Source: Alphaproteobacteria bacterium (lineage in GTDB: Bacteria; Pseudomonadota; Alphaproteobacteria; Puniceispirillales; UBA1172). Taken from it: a DNA stretch of 59,622 nucleotides. Numbering within the stretch: the stretch's first letter is position 1; every line of letters begins with the position of its first letter. The DNA lies in assembly GCA_018701255.1 (NCBI GenBank), contig JABIWM010000080.1, forward strand, positions 1 to 59,622. Reading direction: 5' to 3'. Made by a program: the position numbers and the translations under genes. Below the pieces are notes generated by a model. The model searched no databases and was not told the DNA's origin. It saw only the letters and a list, made by a program, of their open reading frames with translations. Positions 19,804 to 28,981 of the stretch are shown in pieces.

Positions 19804-19846
19804 TGAAAAAAAATCTCCCCCCGCTTAATCGAAAACGGGGGAAGAC
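19804..19846 (-). terminator. intrinsic terminator/attenuator between the binding-protein gene and the permease genes
   Basis: On the - strand: TCTTCCCCCG-(12 nt loop)-CGGGGGGAGA followed at once by T8. The stem has a core of 6 G:C pairs and 3 more pairs after one mismatch. It lies between the stop at 19857 and the next start at 19778. Confidence 0.6.
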
Positions 19847-19856
19847 ATCAATGTGA

Positions 19857-21152
19857 TTAGAAGGATTGCTTCGTGTAATCCACTTCATCCGGATAAAGCG
19901 TATCTTCGATAGAAGTTGTATGAACCAGATCAAGTTTGCTGTTACTGACTTTGGTAATGTATTGATGACCAAAGACCTGATGGGTTTTCCCATTAAAGCG
20001 TTTTGCGCCTTGCGGATGCGCGTCGGAATGGGGCATATCAGACATGCTTTCAACCGCTTCGATCAGCTTTGCCCGATCACCGGTGCCGCGATATCCTGAT
20101 GCTTCCATGCCTGCCTTGACGATGTGCAGGGTTTCCCAGCAACCGAACATATGGGCATAAGTAGACACGTCTTTTGAATCCGAAACAGATGCACCATTTG
20201 CATCGACCCCGACAGCCGCCCGATATGCTTTATCATATTCGGACTGATTGGCCTGGGCGTAACGTGGATTGCCTTCCCAGAAATATGTGCCTTCTAGGAA
20301 CTCAAGCCCCGGGCTGGACAAATCTGTTGCTTCCAGACTGTCAATAAAGCCAAAGATTTCCGGACGTGAGCTACCAAAAAACTCACCCATTTCCTTAACA
20401 AAGGTAAGAACCGCTGGCCCCACCATCACATGATAGATGACTTCTGTGTCACGCGGGATTTTCGGGAAGTATTTTGTGAATGACGTTTCTGTTGGTGGAA
20501 TAGCAATTTTTTCAATCACCTGTCCGCCCTGTGCTTCGATAGCGGCAGAAAAATAATCTCTATGATCATGCCCGAAAGCAAAATCCGGATATACCATGGT
20601 TACTTTCTTACCCAGATTATTTGCAACGAACGGCGCCATGGCCTGAACCTGGCTTTTCACATCGGTGATGCCGGGCTGAAGCGTGTAACGGTTAAGCGCA
20701 CCGCTAGCTACATGATGGCCTTCTGATACAACAAAATATGGTATCTTTAATTCACCAGCGCGTGGGGCAGAACCATATACCACATGGCTAAATAGCGTAC
20801 CAAAAGCCAGATCAGCGTTATGCTGAGTTGCGAATTTTTCTACGACTTCGGCGCCACGCTTCGGGTCTGTTCCATCGTCTTCGGCAATGATTTCAACAGG
20901 CCGACCATTTATACCGCCAGCGTTATTGATTTTTTCAACAGCGGCCATGGTCGTGCGATCATACCAGCGGCCATAAGCAGCACCAATACCGGTGCGGTGA
21001 ACCTGAAAGCCAATCTTGATTGGCTCTGCGCTTTGTGTCTGGGCGTAACGACCCATCAACGGCATGGAAACAGCACCAAGTGCCAGACTAGCCGCCGCGC
21101 CCTTGATGATCTGACGACGTGGCGTCAATAAAGATTTTGATGTTTTTTTCAT
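19857..21152 (-). CDS. ABC transporter substrate-binding protein, Leu/Ile/Val-binding-protein family, with a Tat-like signal
   Basis: I moved the start to the ATG at 21152 (MKKTSKSLLTPRRQIIKGAAASLALGAV...), which has GGAGGA upstream. The twin-arginine RRQIIKG plus hydrophobic region looks Tat-like. The mature part has the type I periplasmic binding fold pattern. Confidence 0.85.
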   Translation of the reverse strand: MKKTSKSLLTPRRQIIKGAAASLALGAVSMPLMGRYAQTQSAEPIKIGFQVHRTGIGAAYGRWYDRTTMAAVEKINNAGGINGRPVEIIAEDDGTDPKRGAEVVEKFATQHNADLAFGTLFSHVVYGSAPRAGELKIPYFVVSEGHHVASGALNRYTLQPGITDVKSQVQAMAPFVANNLGKKVTMVYPDFAFGHDHRDYFSAAIEAQGGQVIEKIAIPPTETSFTKYFPKIPRDTEVIYHVMVGPAVLTFVKEMGEFFGSSRPEIFGFIDSLEATDLSSPGLEFLEGTYFWEGNPRYAQANQSEYDKAYRAAVGVDANGASVSDSKDVSTYAHMFGCWETLHIVKAGMEASGYRGTGDRAKLIEAVESMSDMPHSDAHPQGAKRFNGKTHQVFGHQYITKVSNSKLDLVHTTSIEDTLYPDEVDYTKQSF

Positions 21153-21191
21153 ATTTTCCTCCCAATCAAACAACATAATACTAGCTGTAAG

Positions 21192-21210
21192 AACATATGT
21201 GTACAAACAG
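21192..21210. promoter_or_regulatory. operator-like motif upstream of the binding-protein gene
   Basis: The reverse complement of 21192-21207 reads TTTGTACACATATGTT. It lies 40-58 nt upstream of the ATG at 21152. Confidence 0.4.
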
Positions 21211-21235
21211 TCTGACCATAAAAAACCTTGTTTGT

Positions 21236-22720
21236 CTAGCCCCCTTTTGGCGCGGCAAGCAACCACAAACCCAGCCATGTGTAAGCAATCATAAAGAGCG
21301 CAATCGGCATCTGGCTGATCACCGTTTCAAATCGATTGCCATAACGCCCAGTCGCCAGATGATGCGCCACCAGCACGGATGCAATATGCCCCGCCACAAC
21401 AACACCTGCCTGGATTAACCAGATCATTCGCACCCAGTCGAGATGCTTAAAAAACCCGTCTGTCACATGGAATCCCTGCAACCCCAGAACATGCACATCC
21501 TTACCGAACATACCGTCAATAGCCAGCGCAACATATTGTGCCTCAACCAGCAATGATGGCAAATAATGCGCCACATGATAGGCCAGCGCGATAGGCAAAA
21601 GCGATGGCGCGTAAATGGCGATCAGTTCCGCCATAGAACACCGGTGTTGCGGTTGATCAGATGCCGCCACCATGCCCAGCCAGATAAGCGCTCCAAAAAT
21701 AACAATCAGCGCGATATTTGCCAGAACAATACCGGCAATCGTTGGGGTAATAATCGCTGAACGCCCCGGAAAATCCAGCGGGTTAATATCTATCCATTTC
21801 AGCCAGACAAAGGTTTCGTTGAACCCGTCAAAAGACCCGACCCCTAACAGCATGAGCAAAAAGATGGCCGCTGAGATATGCGGGCGCAATACCCCGATAT
21901 GCCGATGTGCCATCAACCGCCAGCCGGGTAGCCCAAACCGTACCACGCCAGCATGGACAGAAACCATGCGAAGCGATCCGAAACTGGCCATAATCATAGA
22001 GAAAAATTCCACATGCCGCGACCAGGTGCGAAAACCGAATATCAACATCCCGATCAGCGTGAACAGCCAGTATGCAAACATAAAACTGGCCAGCCGCGCC
22101 GGATCAGTGGGCGCCGGATCAGCCAGCGTGAAAACCGCAAAGCCGAATAGCAATAAAACCCCCGGCCAATGCGCCAACCATGATGGCCAGCCACGAACAC
22201 CGTGCCAGCCAGTTAGCCAGCGGAGGAAATGATAGGCAAATATCCACGGATTAATCCAGCGCCAGACGCTGAAAAACAATCCTTCCACCATGACCAGCCC
22301 CATCCAGAATACCGCCCAGAATCCTAATGTTAACGGATTCCGCAAAGGATCAGTGGTGCCGTACCAGCCTGCGGATAATAGCCAGAAAAAATACAGAAAT
22401 GCCGCCATATGAACATATCTGGCCAGCCGTTTCATGCGAAACTGCCGCCATAACTTGAGGCTATGATGTAATCCGGATGTTCCAGTGACCGGCATCAAAG
22501 CCAGCAACACTATCGTCAAACCAACAACAATCACCCCGCCAAGGATATATATATCCGTAGGCAGAAGCATGACAAAGCTTTGCCCCGACGCATGGGCATA
22601 GCATAATTTTACAGGCGCAATAACAGCCATCAACACAAGCATGAACAGCTTGCCCAGATGATGAGCCAGATGATTAAAGCAGCGCCAGCGATTGGTATTT
22701 TCTAATGCAATCATGATCAT
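21236..22720 (-). CDS. polytopic integral membrane protein of unknown function (~12 TM, Trp/His-rich)
   Basis: ORF 21236..22927. Its first ~70 codons overlap hyuA and the promoter, so I moved the start to ATG 22720 (or 22714). About a dozen hydrophobic segments. I recognised no family motif. Confidence 0.6.
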   Translation of the reverse strand: MIMIALENTNRWRCFNHLAHHLGKLFMLVLMAVIAPVKLCYAHASGQSFVMLLPTDIYILGGVIVVGLTIVLLALMPVTGTSGLHHSLKLWRQFRMKRLARYVHMAAFLYFFWLLSAGWYGTTDPLRNPLTLGFWAVFWMGLVMVEGLFFSVWRWINPWIFAYHFLRWLTGWHGVRGWPSWLAHWPGVLLLFGFAVFTLADPAPTDPARLASFMFAYWLFTLIGMLIFGFRTWSRHVEFFSMIMASFGSLRMVSVHAGVVRFGLPGWRLMAHRHIGVLRPHISAAIFLLMLLGVGSFDGFNETFVWLKWIDINPLDFPGRSAIITPTIAGIVLANIALIVIFGALIWLGMVAASDQPQHRCSMAELIAIYAPSLLPIALAYHVAHYLPSLLVEAQYVALAIDGMFGKDVHVLGLQGFHVTDGFFKHLDWVRMIWLIQAGVVVAGHIASVLVAHHLATGRYGNRFETVISQMPIALFMIAYTWLGLWLLAAPKGG

Positions 22721-22774
22721 TCTGATGGTAAGACGATTTTGATATCTTGACAAATATAAAGAAATCTTCAAATC

Positions 22775-22791
22775 ATTTGTACACAAATAAA
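22775..22791. promoter_or_regulatory. operator-like motif in the divergent membrane-protein / hyuA promoter
   Basis: ATTTGT-AC-ACAAAT (22775-22788). The extended reading TTTGTACACAAATAAA matches the motif at 15925, 21192 (reverse complement) and 8413. Confidence 0.45.
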
Positions 22792-22808
22792 TATGGCTTG
22801 GCAAAATC

Positions 22809-24881
22809 ATGACTGAAACAACATTAGCGCAACATGTCATCGGCATTGATGTCGGTGGTACATTTACCGATTTGGTAATGCTGGAAACCCATAGCGGCGG
22901 CGTCACCATTGCCAAAGTGCCTACCACGCTGGATAATCAGGCCTATGGCGTGCTTAATGCGCTCAAAGAAGCCAACGCCGATCTGCGGGCTGTTGATTTG
23001 ATTATTCATGGAACGACCACCACCACTAATGCGGTGCTGGAACGCAAATTATCCCGCACCGGATTAATCACCACCCACGGGTTTCGGGATATTCTGGAAT
23101 TAGGACGGCGCACACGGCCGCAAGCCTATGGCATGAAAGGCATGTTTACGCCAATTATCCCGCGCCATTTGCGGCTTGAGGTAGCAGAACGGATGGATTA
23201 CGCCGGCCGTGTTGTCACCCCACTGGATAAGGACGGCATGCGGCAGGCGATCAGGCAATTGCTTGATGCTGGATGCGAATCGCTGGTGATCCATTTTCTG
23301 CATGCCTATGCCAATCCGGAACACGAAAAACAGGCGGCGGCCATAGCAGCCGAATTATGGCCGAATAATTACGTTACCATGGGGCATGCTTTGCTGTCAG
23401 AAAGCCGTGAATATGAACGCGGCGTGACCGCGGCGGTTAACGCCTCGGTTCAGCCATTGCTGGAACGCTATATCCAGCGGTTAGTGACAGAACTAAAAAG
23501 CAATGGATATCAGAGCGAAATGCTGGTGATGAATGGTAATGGCGGCACGGTATCCAGTCAGGATGTTGCGCGTGAAGCGGCCAAAACAGTCATGTCTGGC
23601 CCTGCATCAGGCGTTATTGCCGCCATGAATACCGGCAAGGCGGCAGGCCATAATCATCTGATCACCTATGATATGGGCGGCACGTCAACCGATGTATCCG
23701 TTATCAAAGACGGTAAGCCGTCTGTGTCTAATGAAATTGAAATAGAATATGCGATGCCCATCCATGTGCCGATGATTGACGTGCGAACAGTCGGCGCGGG
23801 CGGCGGTTCAATTGCCCGGGTGAATGCCGCCGGATTACTAGAAGTAGGCCCCGATAGCGCCGGTGCTGATCCCGGCCCTGTCTGTTATGGGCGCGGCGGC
23901 ACTGAGCCGACTATTTCTGATGCCAATATGATATTGGGGCGGCTTGAACTAAAGGCCGTCAAATCAGTTGAGGGCGGGATCAGTCTGGAGCATATCAAGG
24001 CGATATTCGATGAAAAACTAGGCCAGCATCTGAACATGGATGCGGTCGCCGCCGCCGATGCGGTGATCCGTGTCGCCAATGCCAAAATGGCTGGCGCTAT
24101 TCGTATGGTGCTGGTGTCGCTGGGGGCTGACCCGCGTGATTTCAGCCTGTTTGCTTTTGGCGGGGCAGGCCCATTACATGCGGCGGCGATTGCCAAAGAG
24201 CTTGGCATTCCCACGGTGCTTATTCCGGCACGGCCGGGGATTACAAACGCACTGGGATGCGTGGTTGCCGATTTACGTCAGGATTTTGTACAGACGATTA
24301 ATACGCCACTGGCAAAAATGGATGCCAAGCATCTGCATGATGTTTTTATCCAGCAGGAAAATCAGGGCAGAGCGATCATTGAGAAAGAACCTATCGATAT
24401 TGATGAAATGAGCATTAGCCGTAGTCTGGATATGCAATTTGTCGGGCAGACACATATTCTTAATGTCAATCTGGATCATATGGATTTGCCCGCCAGTCAG
24501 GATGAGATACAGGATTTATTCGAGCAGGTATATTTTAACCGTTTTCGCGTAAAGCTGGATAAAATCAACGCCAATATTGTCAATGTAAACACGTCCGTTA
24601 TCGGCAAACGGAAAGCATTTGATCTGTCACAATTGATAGAATCCGATGGCCGCAAATCCAGCCTTGCGGATGCCCAGATCGGCACGCGTCAGGTTCATGT
24701 TGCCGGACAATATGTTGATACACCGGTTTATCAGCGCGAATCCCTGCCGCTTGACGTATCTTTCATCGGGCCTGCCATGATACAGCAAATGGACACAACT
24801 ATTCTGGTTGAGCCGGGCGACCGCGTGTCTTCGGATGCCAAAGGCAATCTGTTTATCCATGTCGGGAAAGGAGCAGAATGA
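22809..24881 (+). CDS. hyuA: hydantoinase/oxoprolinase family protein, A (ATP-binding) subunit
   Basis: 690 aa with the N-terminal IGIDVGGTFTD and a second DMGGTSTD actin-like ATPase motif, typical of HyuA/OplA/CapA-type subunits. Confidence 0.9.
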   Translation: MTETTLAQHVIGIDVGGTFTDLVMLETHSGGVTIAKVPTTLDNQAYGVLNALKEANADLRAVDLIIHGTTTTTNAVLERKLSRTGLITTHGFRDILELGRRTRPQAYGMKGMFTPIIPRHLRLEVAERMDYAGRVVTPLDKDGMRQAIRQLLDAGCESLVIHFLHAYANPEHEKQAAAIAAELWPNNYVTMGHALLSESREYERGVTAAVNASVQPLLERYIQRLVTELKSNGYQSEMLVMNGNGGTVSSQDVAREAAKTVMSGPASGVIAAMNTGKAAGHNHLITYDMGGTSTDVSVIKDGKPSVSNEIEIEYAMPIHVPMIDVRTVGAGGGSIARVNAAGLLEVGPDSAGADPGPVCYGRGGTEPTISDANMILGRLELKAVKSVEGGISLEHIKAIFDEKLGQHLNMDAVAAADAVIRVANAKMAGAIRMVLVSLGADPRDFSLFAFGGAGPLHAAAIAKELGIPTVLIPARPGITNALGCVVADLRQDFVQTINTPLAKMDAKHLHDVFIQQENQGRAIIEKEPIDIDEMSISRSLDMQFVGQTHILNVNLDHMDLPASQDEIQDLFEQVYFNRFRVKLDKINANIVNVNTSVIGKRKAFDLSQLIESDGRKSSLADAQIGTRQVHVAGQYVDTPVYQRESLPLDVSFIGPAMIQQMDTTILVEPGDRVSSDAKGNLFIHVGKGAE

Positions 24882-26629
24882 TGACTATTGATCCTATCAC
24901 TCTCAGCGTCATTCAATTTGGATTACAACAGGTTTGTGACGAAATGGATTTAAGCTTTTCCCGCGCCGCTTTCTCGCCGGTTATAGCCGAAGCAAATGAC
25001 CGGTCTGACGGTATTTATTCGGCCGAAGACGGATCATTAATTGCTCAGGGCGCTGGCGGCTTGCCTGTTTTTGTTGGCACCATGCAATATTCCACACGCG
25101 TGCTGATCGAACGGATAAGTGACGGGATAACGCCAGCACCAAAACCTGATGATATCTATATTGTGAATGACCCCTATCTTGGCGGCACACATTTAATGGA
25201 TGTCCGTTTTGCGCGGCCATTTTACCGCCATGGCAAATTATTCTGCTGGCTATCCAACACTGGCCACTGGCCGGATACTGGCGGATCAGTCCCCGGCGGG
25301 TTTTCCGCCGCCGCGACCGCTGTTGAACAGGAAGGGTTGCGCCTGCCGCCCGTGCGATTATTCAAGGAAGGCCAGCTAGACGAAGAAATATACGCCATTA
25401 TATGCAGCAATATCCGTGTTGCGGATCAACGTATCGGTGATGTTATGGCACAGGCCGCCGCGCTCAAAGTCGGTGAAGACCGGCTAAACGCGCTGATGGA
25501 CAGATATGGCGATGATGTCATGGTGGCGGCGATTGCCGAATTGCGGACACGCGCGGCAACACAGATGCGGGCATTAATTCAGGATATTCCGGATGGTGTT
25601 TATTCATCTGTTGCATGGGTGGATAGTGACGGCGTTGTTGATGAGCCGTTGGCTATCCGGCTAGCTATTCATAAATCCGGTGATCAGCTTACCTTTGATT
25701 TTGCCGGATCAAGCCCGCCCTGTATCGGCCCCATGAACTCGGTTCTGGCAACAACCCTTAGCTCTGTTTATCTGGCGATGCGGCATATCTTTCCGGAAGT
25801 CCCGATCAGTGCCGGGGCGTTTGAGCCATTAGACGTTATTGGCGTGGAAAACACATTTCTGGATGCGCGCTATCCCCGACCAGTATCTGGTTGCGCGGCA
25901 GAAGTCAGCCAGCGTATAGCCGAAGCGGTATTTGCCGCATTGGTAGATGCCTTGCCAGATCGCGTTACCGCCGCCCCTGCTGGCACAAGCGGTAATTTTG
26001 CACTGGGCGGGCATAACGCCGAAAAAGGGCAGGACTTTGTCATGTATCAGCTGTCCGGCGGCGGCTATGGCGGCAACGCGGATCATGATGGTCTGGCCAA
26101 TGGATGCTCCACTATCGGCATTTCCAAAGCCCCGCCCATAGAAATCATGGAACAGAGCTTTCCTGTTCTTTATCACCGCTATGCCCTGCGCGAAGGATCA
26201 GGCGGTGCCGGTTGTCATCGTGGGGGGTTCGGGCTGGAATACGAAGTGGAATTACGCCACGCAGAAGCCCGCGCCAGTTTTGTCATGGATCATGGCCGCT
26301 ATGGCCCTCAAGGCGTGCGTGGCGGCAAGGATGGCGCGGTTAATACCGTTACTGTCTGGCGCAATGGAGAAGCATCCATCCCGCCGCATCTGTCAAAACA
26401 GCAGGATATTCCGCTTCAATCCGGTGATCGCGTGGTGGTAGCTACCCCCGGTGGCGGCGGATATGGTGATCCGTTAACGCGTGACCCTGACGCGGTCAAA
26501 ATGGATGTCATGCTGGAACGATATACCCATGATCAGGCAAAAGAATGGTTTGGGGTTATTATAACCACCGATGGTGAGGTGGATATAACCGCCACCAGAG
26601 AACAGCGGAAACAGGCGGCAACGCATTAA
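24878..26629 (+). CDS. hyuB: hydantoinase B/oxoprolinase family protein, B subunit
   Basis: 583 aa with the N-terminal DPITLSVIQ... pattern and a GGGYGDPL ending region typical of HyuB. ATGA overlap with hyuA, and GGAG upstream. Confidence 0.9.
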   Translation: MMTIDPITLSVIQFGLQQVCDEMDLSFSRAAFSPVIAEANDRSDGIYSAEDGSLIAQGAGGLPVFVGTMQYSTRVLIERISDGITPAPKPDDIYIVNDPYLGGTHLMDVRFARPFYRHGKLFCWLSNTGHWPDTGGSVPGGFSAAATAVEQEGLRLPPVRLFKEGQLDEEIYAIICSNIRVADQRIGDVMAQAAALKVGEDRLNALMDRYGDDVMVAAIAELRTRAATQMRALIQDIPDGVYSSVAWVDSDGVVDEPLAIRLAIHKSGDQLTFDFAGSSPPCIGPMNSVLATTLSSVYLAMRHIFPEVPISAGAFEPLDVIGVENTFLDARYPRPVSGCAAEVSQRIAEAVFAALVDALPDRVTAAPAGTSGNFALGGHNAEKGQDFVMYQLSGGGYGGNADHDGLANGCSTIGISKAPPIEIMEQSFPVLYHRYALREGSGGAGCHRGGFGLEYEVELRHAEARASFVMDHGRYGPQGVRGGKDGAVNTVTVWRNGEASIPPHLSKQQDIPLQSGDRVVVATPGGGGYGDPLTRDPDAVKMDVMLERYTHDQAKEWFGVIITTDGEVDITATREQRKQAATH

Positions 26630-26788
26630 TTAAGCTATTTTTCAGATCAGTGCCTATCCTGAAGCAGATTTTTAGAGCAAATTAACCATTTCCTGTTGAT
26701 TTTAAGTTTCAAAACACCATATTCGTATGAACTCGGTTGGTATGACAAAATATGTATCAACATTTAGTGATTTGAATTGAACAAAATC

Positions 26789-27418
26789 ATGCAGGACAGT
26801 TTCATGACCCCCTACGATGCGAATAAACTCAATCTTGTTTCAGATGATGCTATGCCTACACGCGAAGAAGCGGAAGAAGCTGTTCGCACGCTTATAAAAT
26901 GGGCTGGCGATAATCCGGAACGCGAAGGTCTGCTTGAAACACCTGCCCGTGTTGTCCGTTCGTATCAAGAATTTTATGGCGGCTATCACGAAGACCCCGA
27001 ACATATGTTGAGCCGGGTTTTCGAAGAAGTCGAAGGCTATGATGATCTGGTCATGCTCAAAGACATCCGGATGGTTTCCCATTGTGAACATCATATGGTG
27101 CCAATTATCGGTACAGCCACCATTGCCTATCTGCCTAATCGGCGGGTTGTTGGCATATCCAAGCTGGCGCGGGTCATTGATATTTTTGCCAAGCGTCTGC
27201 AAACCCAGGAAACCATGACCTCACAAATTGCCCAGACAATCCAGAATGTTCTGGAACCTAAAGGCGTGGCGTTGCTTGTCGATGCGGCACATCAATGCAT
27301 GACCACTCGCGGGGTGCAAAAACAGGGCGTTACCATGGTAACAACCCGTTTCACCGGCGCGTTTGAGCAGGACAGGGATTTGCGTGAACGCTTTCTTATG
27401 CAGGCTGGCCAGCGCTAA
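26789..27418 (+). CDS. folE: GTP cyclohydrolase I
   Basis: CEHHMVPI zinc/active-site motif and QERLT-type region (LQTQETMT). The start is ambiguous (TTG 26777, ATG 26789, ATG 26804). Confidence 0.9.
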   Translation: MQDSFMTPYDANKLNLVSDDAMPTREEAEEAVRTLIKWAGDNPEREGLLETPARVVRSYQEFYGGYHEDPEHMLSRVFEEVEGYDDLVMLKDIRMVSHCEHHMVPIIGTATIAYLPNRRVVGISKLARVIDIFAKRLQTQETMTSQIAQTIQNVLEPKGVALLVDAAHQCMTTRGVQKQGVTMVTTRFTGAFEQDRDLRERFLMQAGQR

Positions 27419-27518
27419 TCCGGCTTCTGCTTTCTGTTAACGCTTATCTATTGCTAATAATGGACATTTCTTTGCTTTGGCTTTATGGTTGGGCAAATAG
27501 TGTCTGACGGACTGATCA

Positions 27519-28967
27519 ATGCCTTTAAGCCCGGTCATGTATATTCTGGGAATTCTGCTTTCTTTGCTGGCTGTGGCCATGCTGATTCCAGCTGGCCTCG
27601 ACTTTTATGATGGCCATGAAAACTGGGCTGGATTTTTAGGATCATCGGCGATTACCTTGTTTTTCGGATTCGGGCTTTTGCTATCTACGCGGCTCAACGA
27701 TACCGGTAATATTAATCTCAGACAGGCCTTTTTACTGACAAATCTCGCATGGATGAGCATTGGGCTATTTGGCGCCTTGCCCTTTCTGCTATCAGATACG
27801 GATATGGATATTCATGATGCCGTGTTTGAATCCGTGTCAGGCGTGACAACAACCGGATCAACCGTTATCCCGTTACTGGAAGTCATGTCACGCGGTATTT
27901 TGATGTGGCGCGCCGTGTTACAGTGGCTTGGCGGTATCGGGATTATTGTTATGGCTTTGGCCGTATTACCGATGCTGAGCATTGGCGGTATGCAGCTGTT
28001 TCGCACCGAATCATATGAAACTCCTGATAAAGTCATTCCTCGCGCCACTGAGCTGGCAGGCGGCATTTTCCTGATCTATACATTGTTAACGCTGATATGG
28101 GCGTTCATGTTCAGACTGGCCGGCATGCCCGGCTTTGATGCGCTGACCCATGCCATGACAACACTGGCAACCGGCGGATTTTCCACACGCACGGCTTCTA
28201 TCGGGTCATTCAACAATAGTCTGGTTGAGATTCTGGTGATTGCAGGCATGATTGTCGGAAGCCTGCCATTTGCCCATTATCTGGCCATGACACGCGGGGG
28301 CTGGAAAAATCTGATCGAAGACCCGCAAGTCCGCTGGTTTGCCGCCATTATTGCTACGGTTAGTTTGCTGATTACCTTACAATTGATGTCCAGCATTGAT
28401 CTGAATTTTCTGGATGCGTTACGGCAAGCCAGTTTTAATACCGTATCGCTGATGACCGGAACCGGTTACAGCAGTACCGATTATGGATTATGGGGCGGGC
28501 AGACGACTGTCATTTTGCTGATTGCCATGTTTATTGGCGGCTGTGCCGGATCGACCACTTGCGGCATTAAAATGTTCCGGCTACAAGTTCTGGCCGCCAC
28601 GGCCAGAGTGCAGATGGCACGTCTATTACGCCCACATGCGGTAAATGTTGTTTATTACAATCGCCGGCCAGTACCGGAAACCGTCATGGATGCCGTCATG
28701 GCATTCTTCTATCTCTATATCCTCAGCTTTGTTCTGATCGCCATCATGCTTGGGTTATCGGGGCTTGATTTTATAACCGCGTTATCAGGTGCCGCCACGT
28801 CTATCAGCAATGTGGGCCCCGGATTGGGTGAGATGATTGGCCCATCAGGTAGCTTTGAGGATGTTAATTCTGCAGCCAAATGGATCATGGTTGCCGGCAT
28901 GATATTGGGACGGCTGGAATTATTCACCGTACTGGTGATCTTGATGCCCGGATTCTGGCGCCGCTAA
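27519..28967 (+). CDS. trkH: TrkH-family potassium uptake protein
   Basis: 482 aa polytopic protein with repeated selectivity-filter-like segments (SGVTTTGST, LATGGFST, MTGTGYSS, SNVGPGLG). Confidence 0.9.
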   Translation: MPLSPVMYILGILLSLLAVAMLIPAGLDFYDGHENWAGFLGSSAITLFFGFGLLLSTRLNDTGNINLRQAFLLTNLAWMSIGLFGALPFLLSDTDMDIHDAVFESVSGVTTTGSTVIPLLEVMSRGILMWRAVLQWLGGIGIIVMALAVLPMLSIGGMQLFRTESYETPDKVIPRATELAGGIFLIYTLLTLIWAFMFRLAGMPGFDALTHAMTTLATGGFSTRTASIGSFNNSLVEILVIAGMIVGSLPFAHYLAMTRGGWKNLIEDPQVRWFAAIIATVSLLITLQLMSSIDLNFLDALRQASFNTVSLMTGTGYSSTDYGLWGGQTTVILLIAMFIGGCAGSTTCGIKMFRLQVLAATARVQMARLLRPHAVNVVYYNRRPVPETVMDAVMAFFYLYILSFVLIAIMLGLSGLDFITALSGAATSISNVGPGLGEMIGPSGSFEDVNSAAKWIMVAGMILGRLELFTVLVILMPGFWRR

Positions 28968-28981
28968 ACCGGCAAGCCAGA

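Noticed and set aside
21153-21278. 42-codon N-terminal extension of the binding-protein ORF (MAGFVVACRAKRG...).
   Set aside because: The internal ATG at 21152 has a strong GGAGGA RBS and starts a proper Tat/Sec-like signal peptide. The extension would bury that signal peptide and cover the operator-like motif.
22721-22927. N-terminal extension of the membrane-protein ORF, overlapping hyuA on the opposite strand.
   Set aside because: It would overlap the well-supported hyuA start and the whole divergent promoter. The ATGs at 22720 and 22714 immediately precede the first hydrophobic segment.
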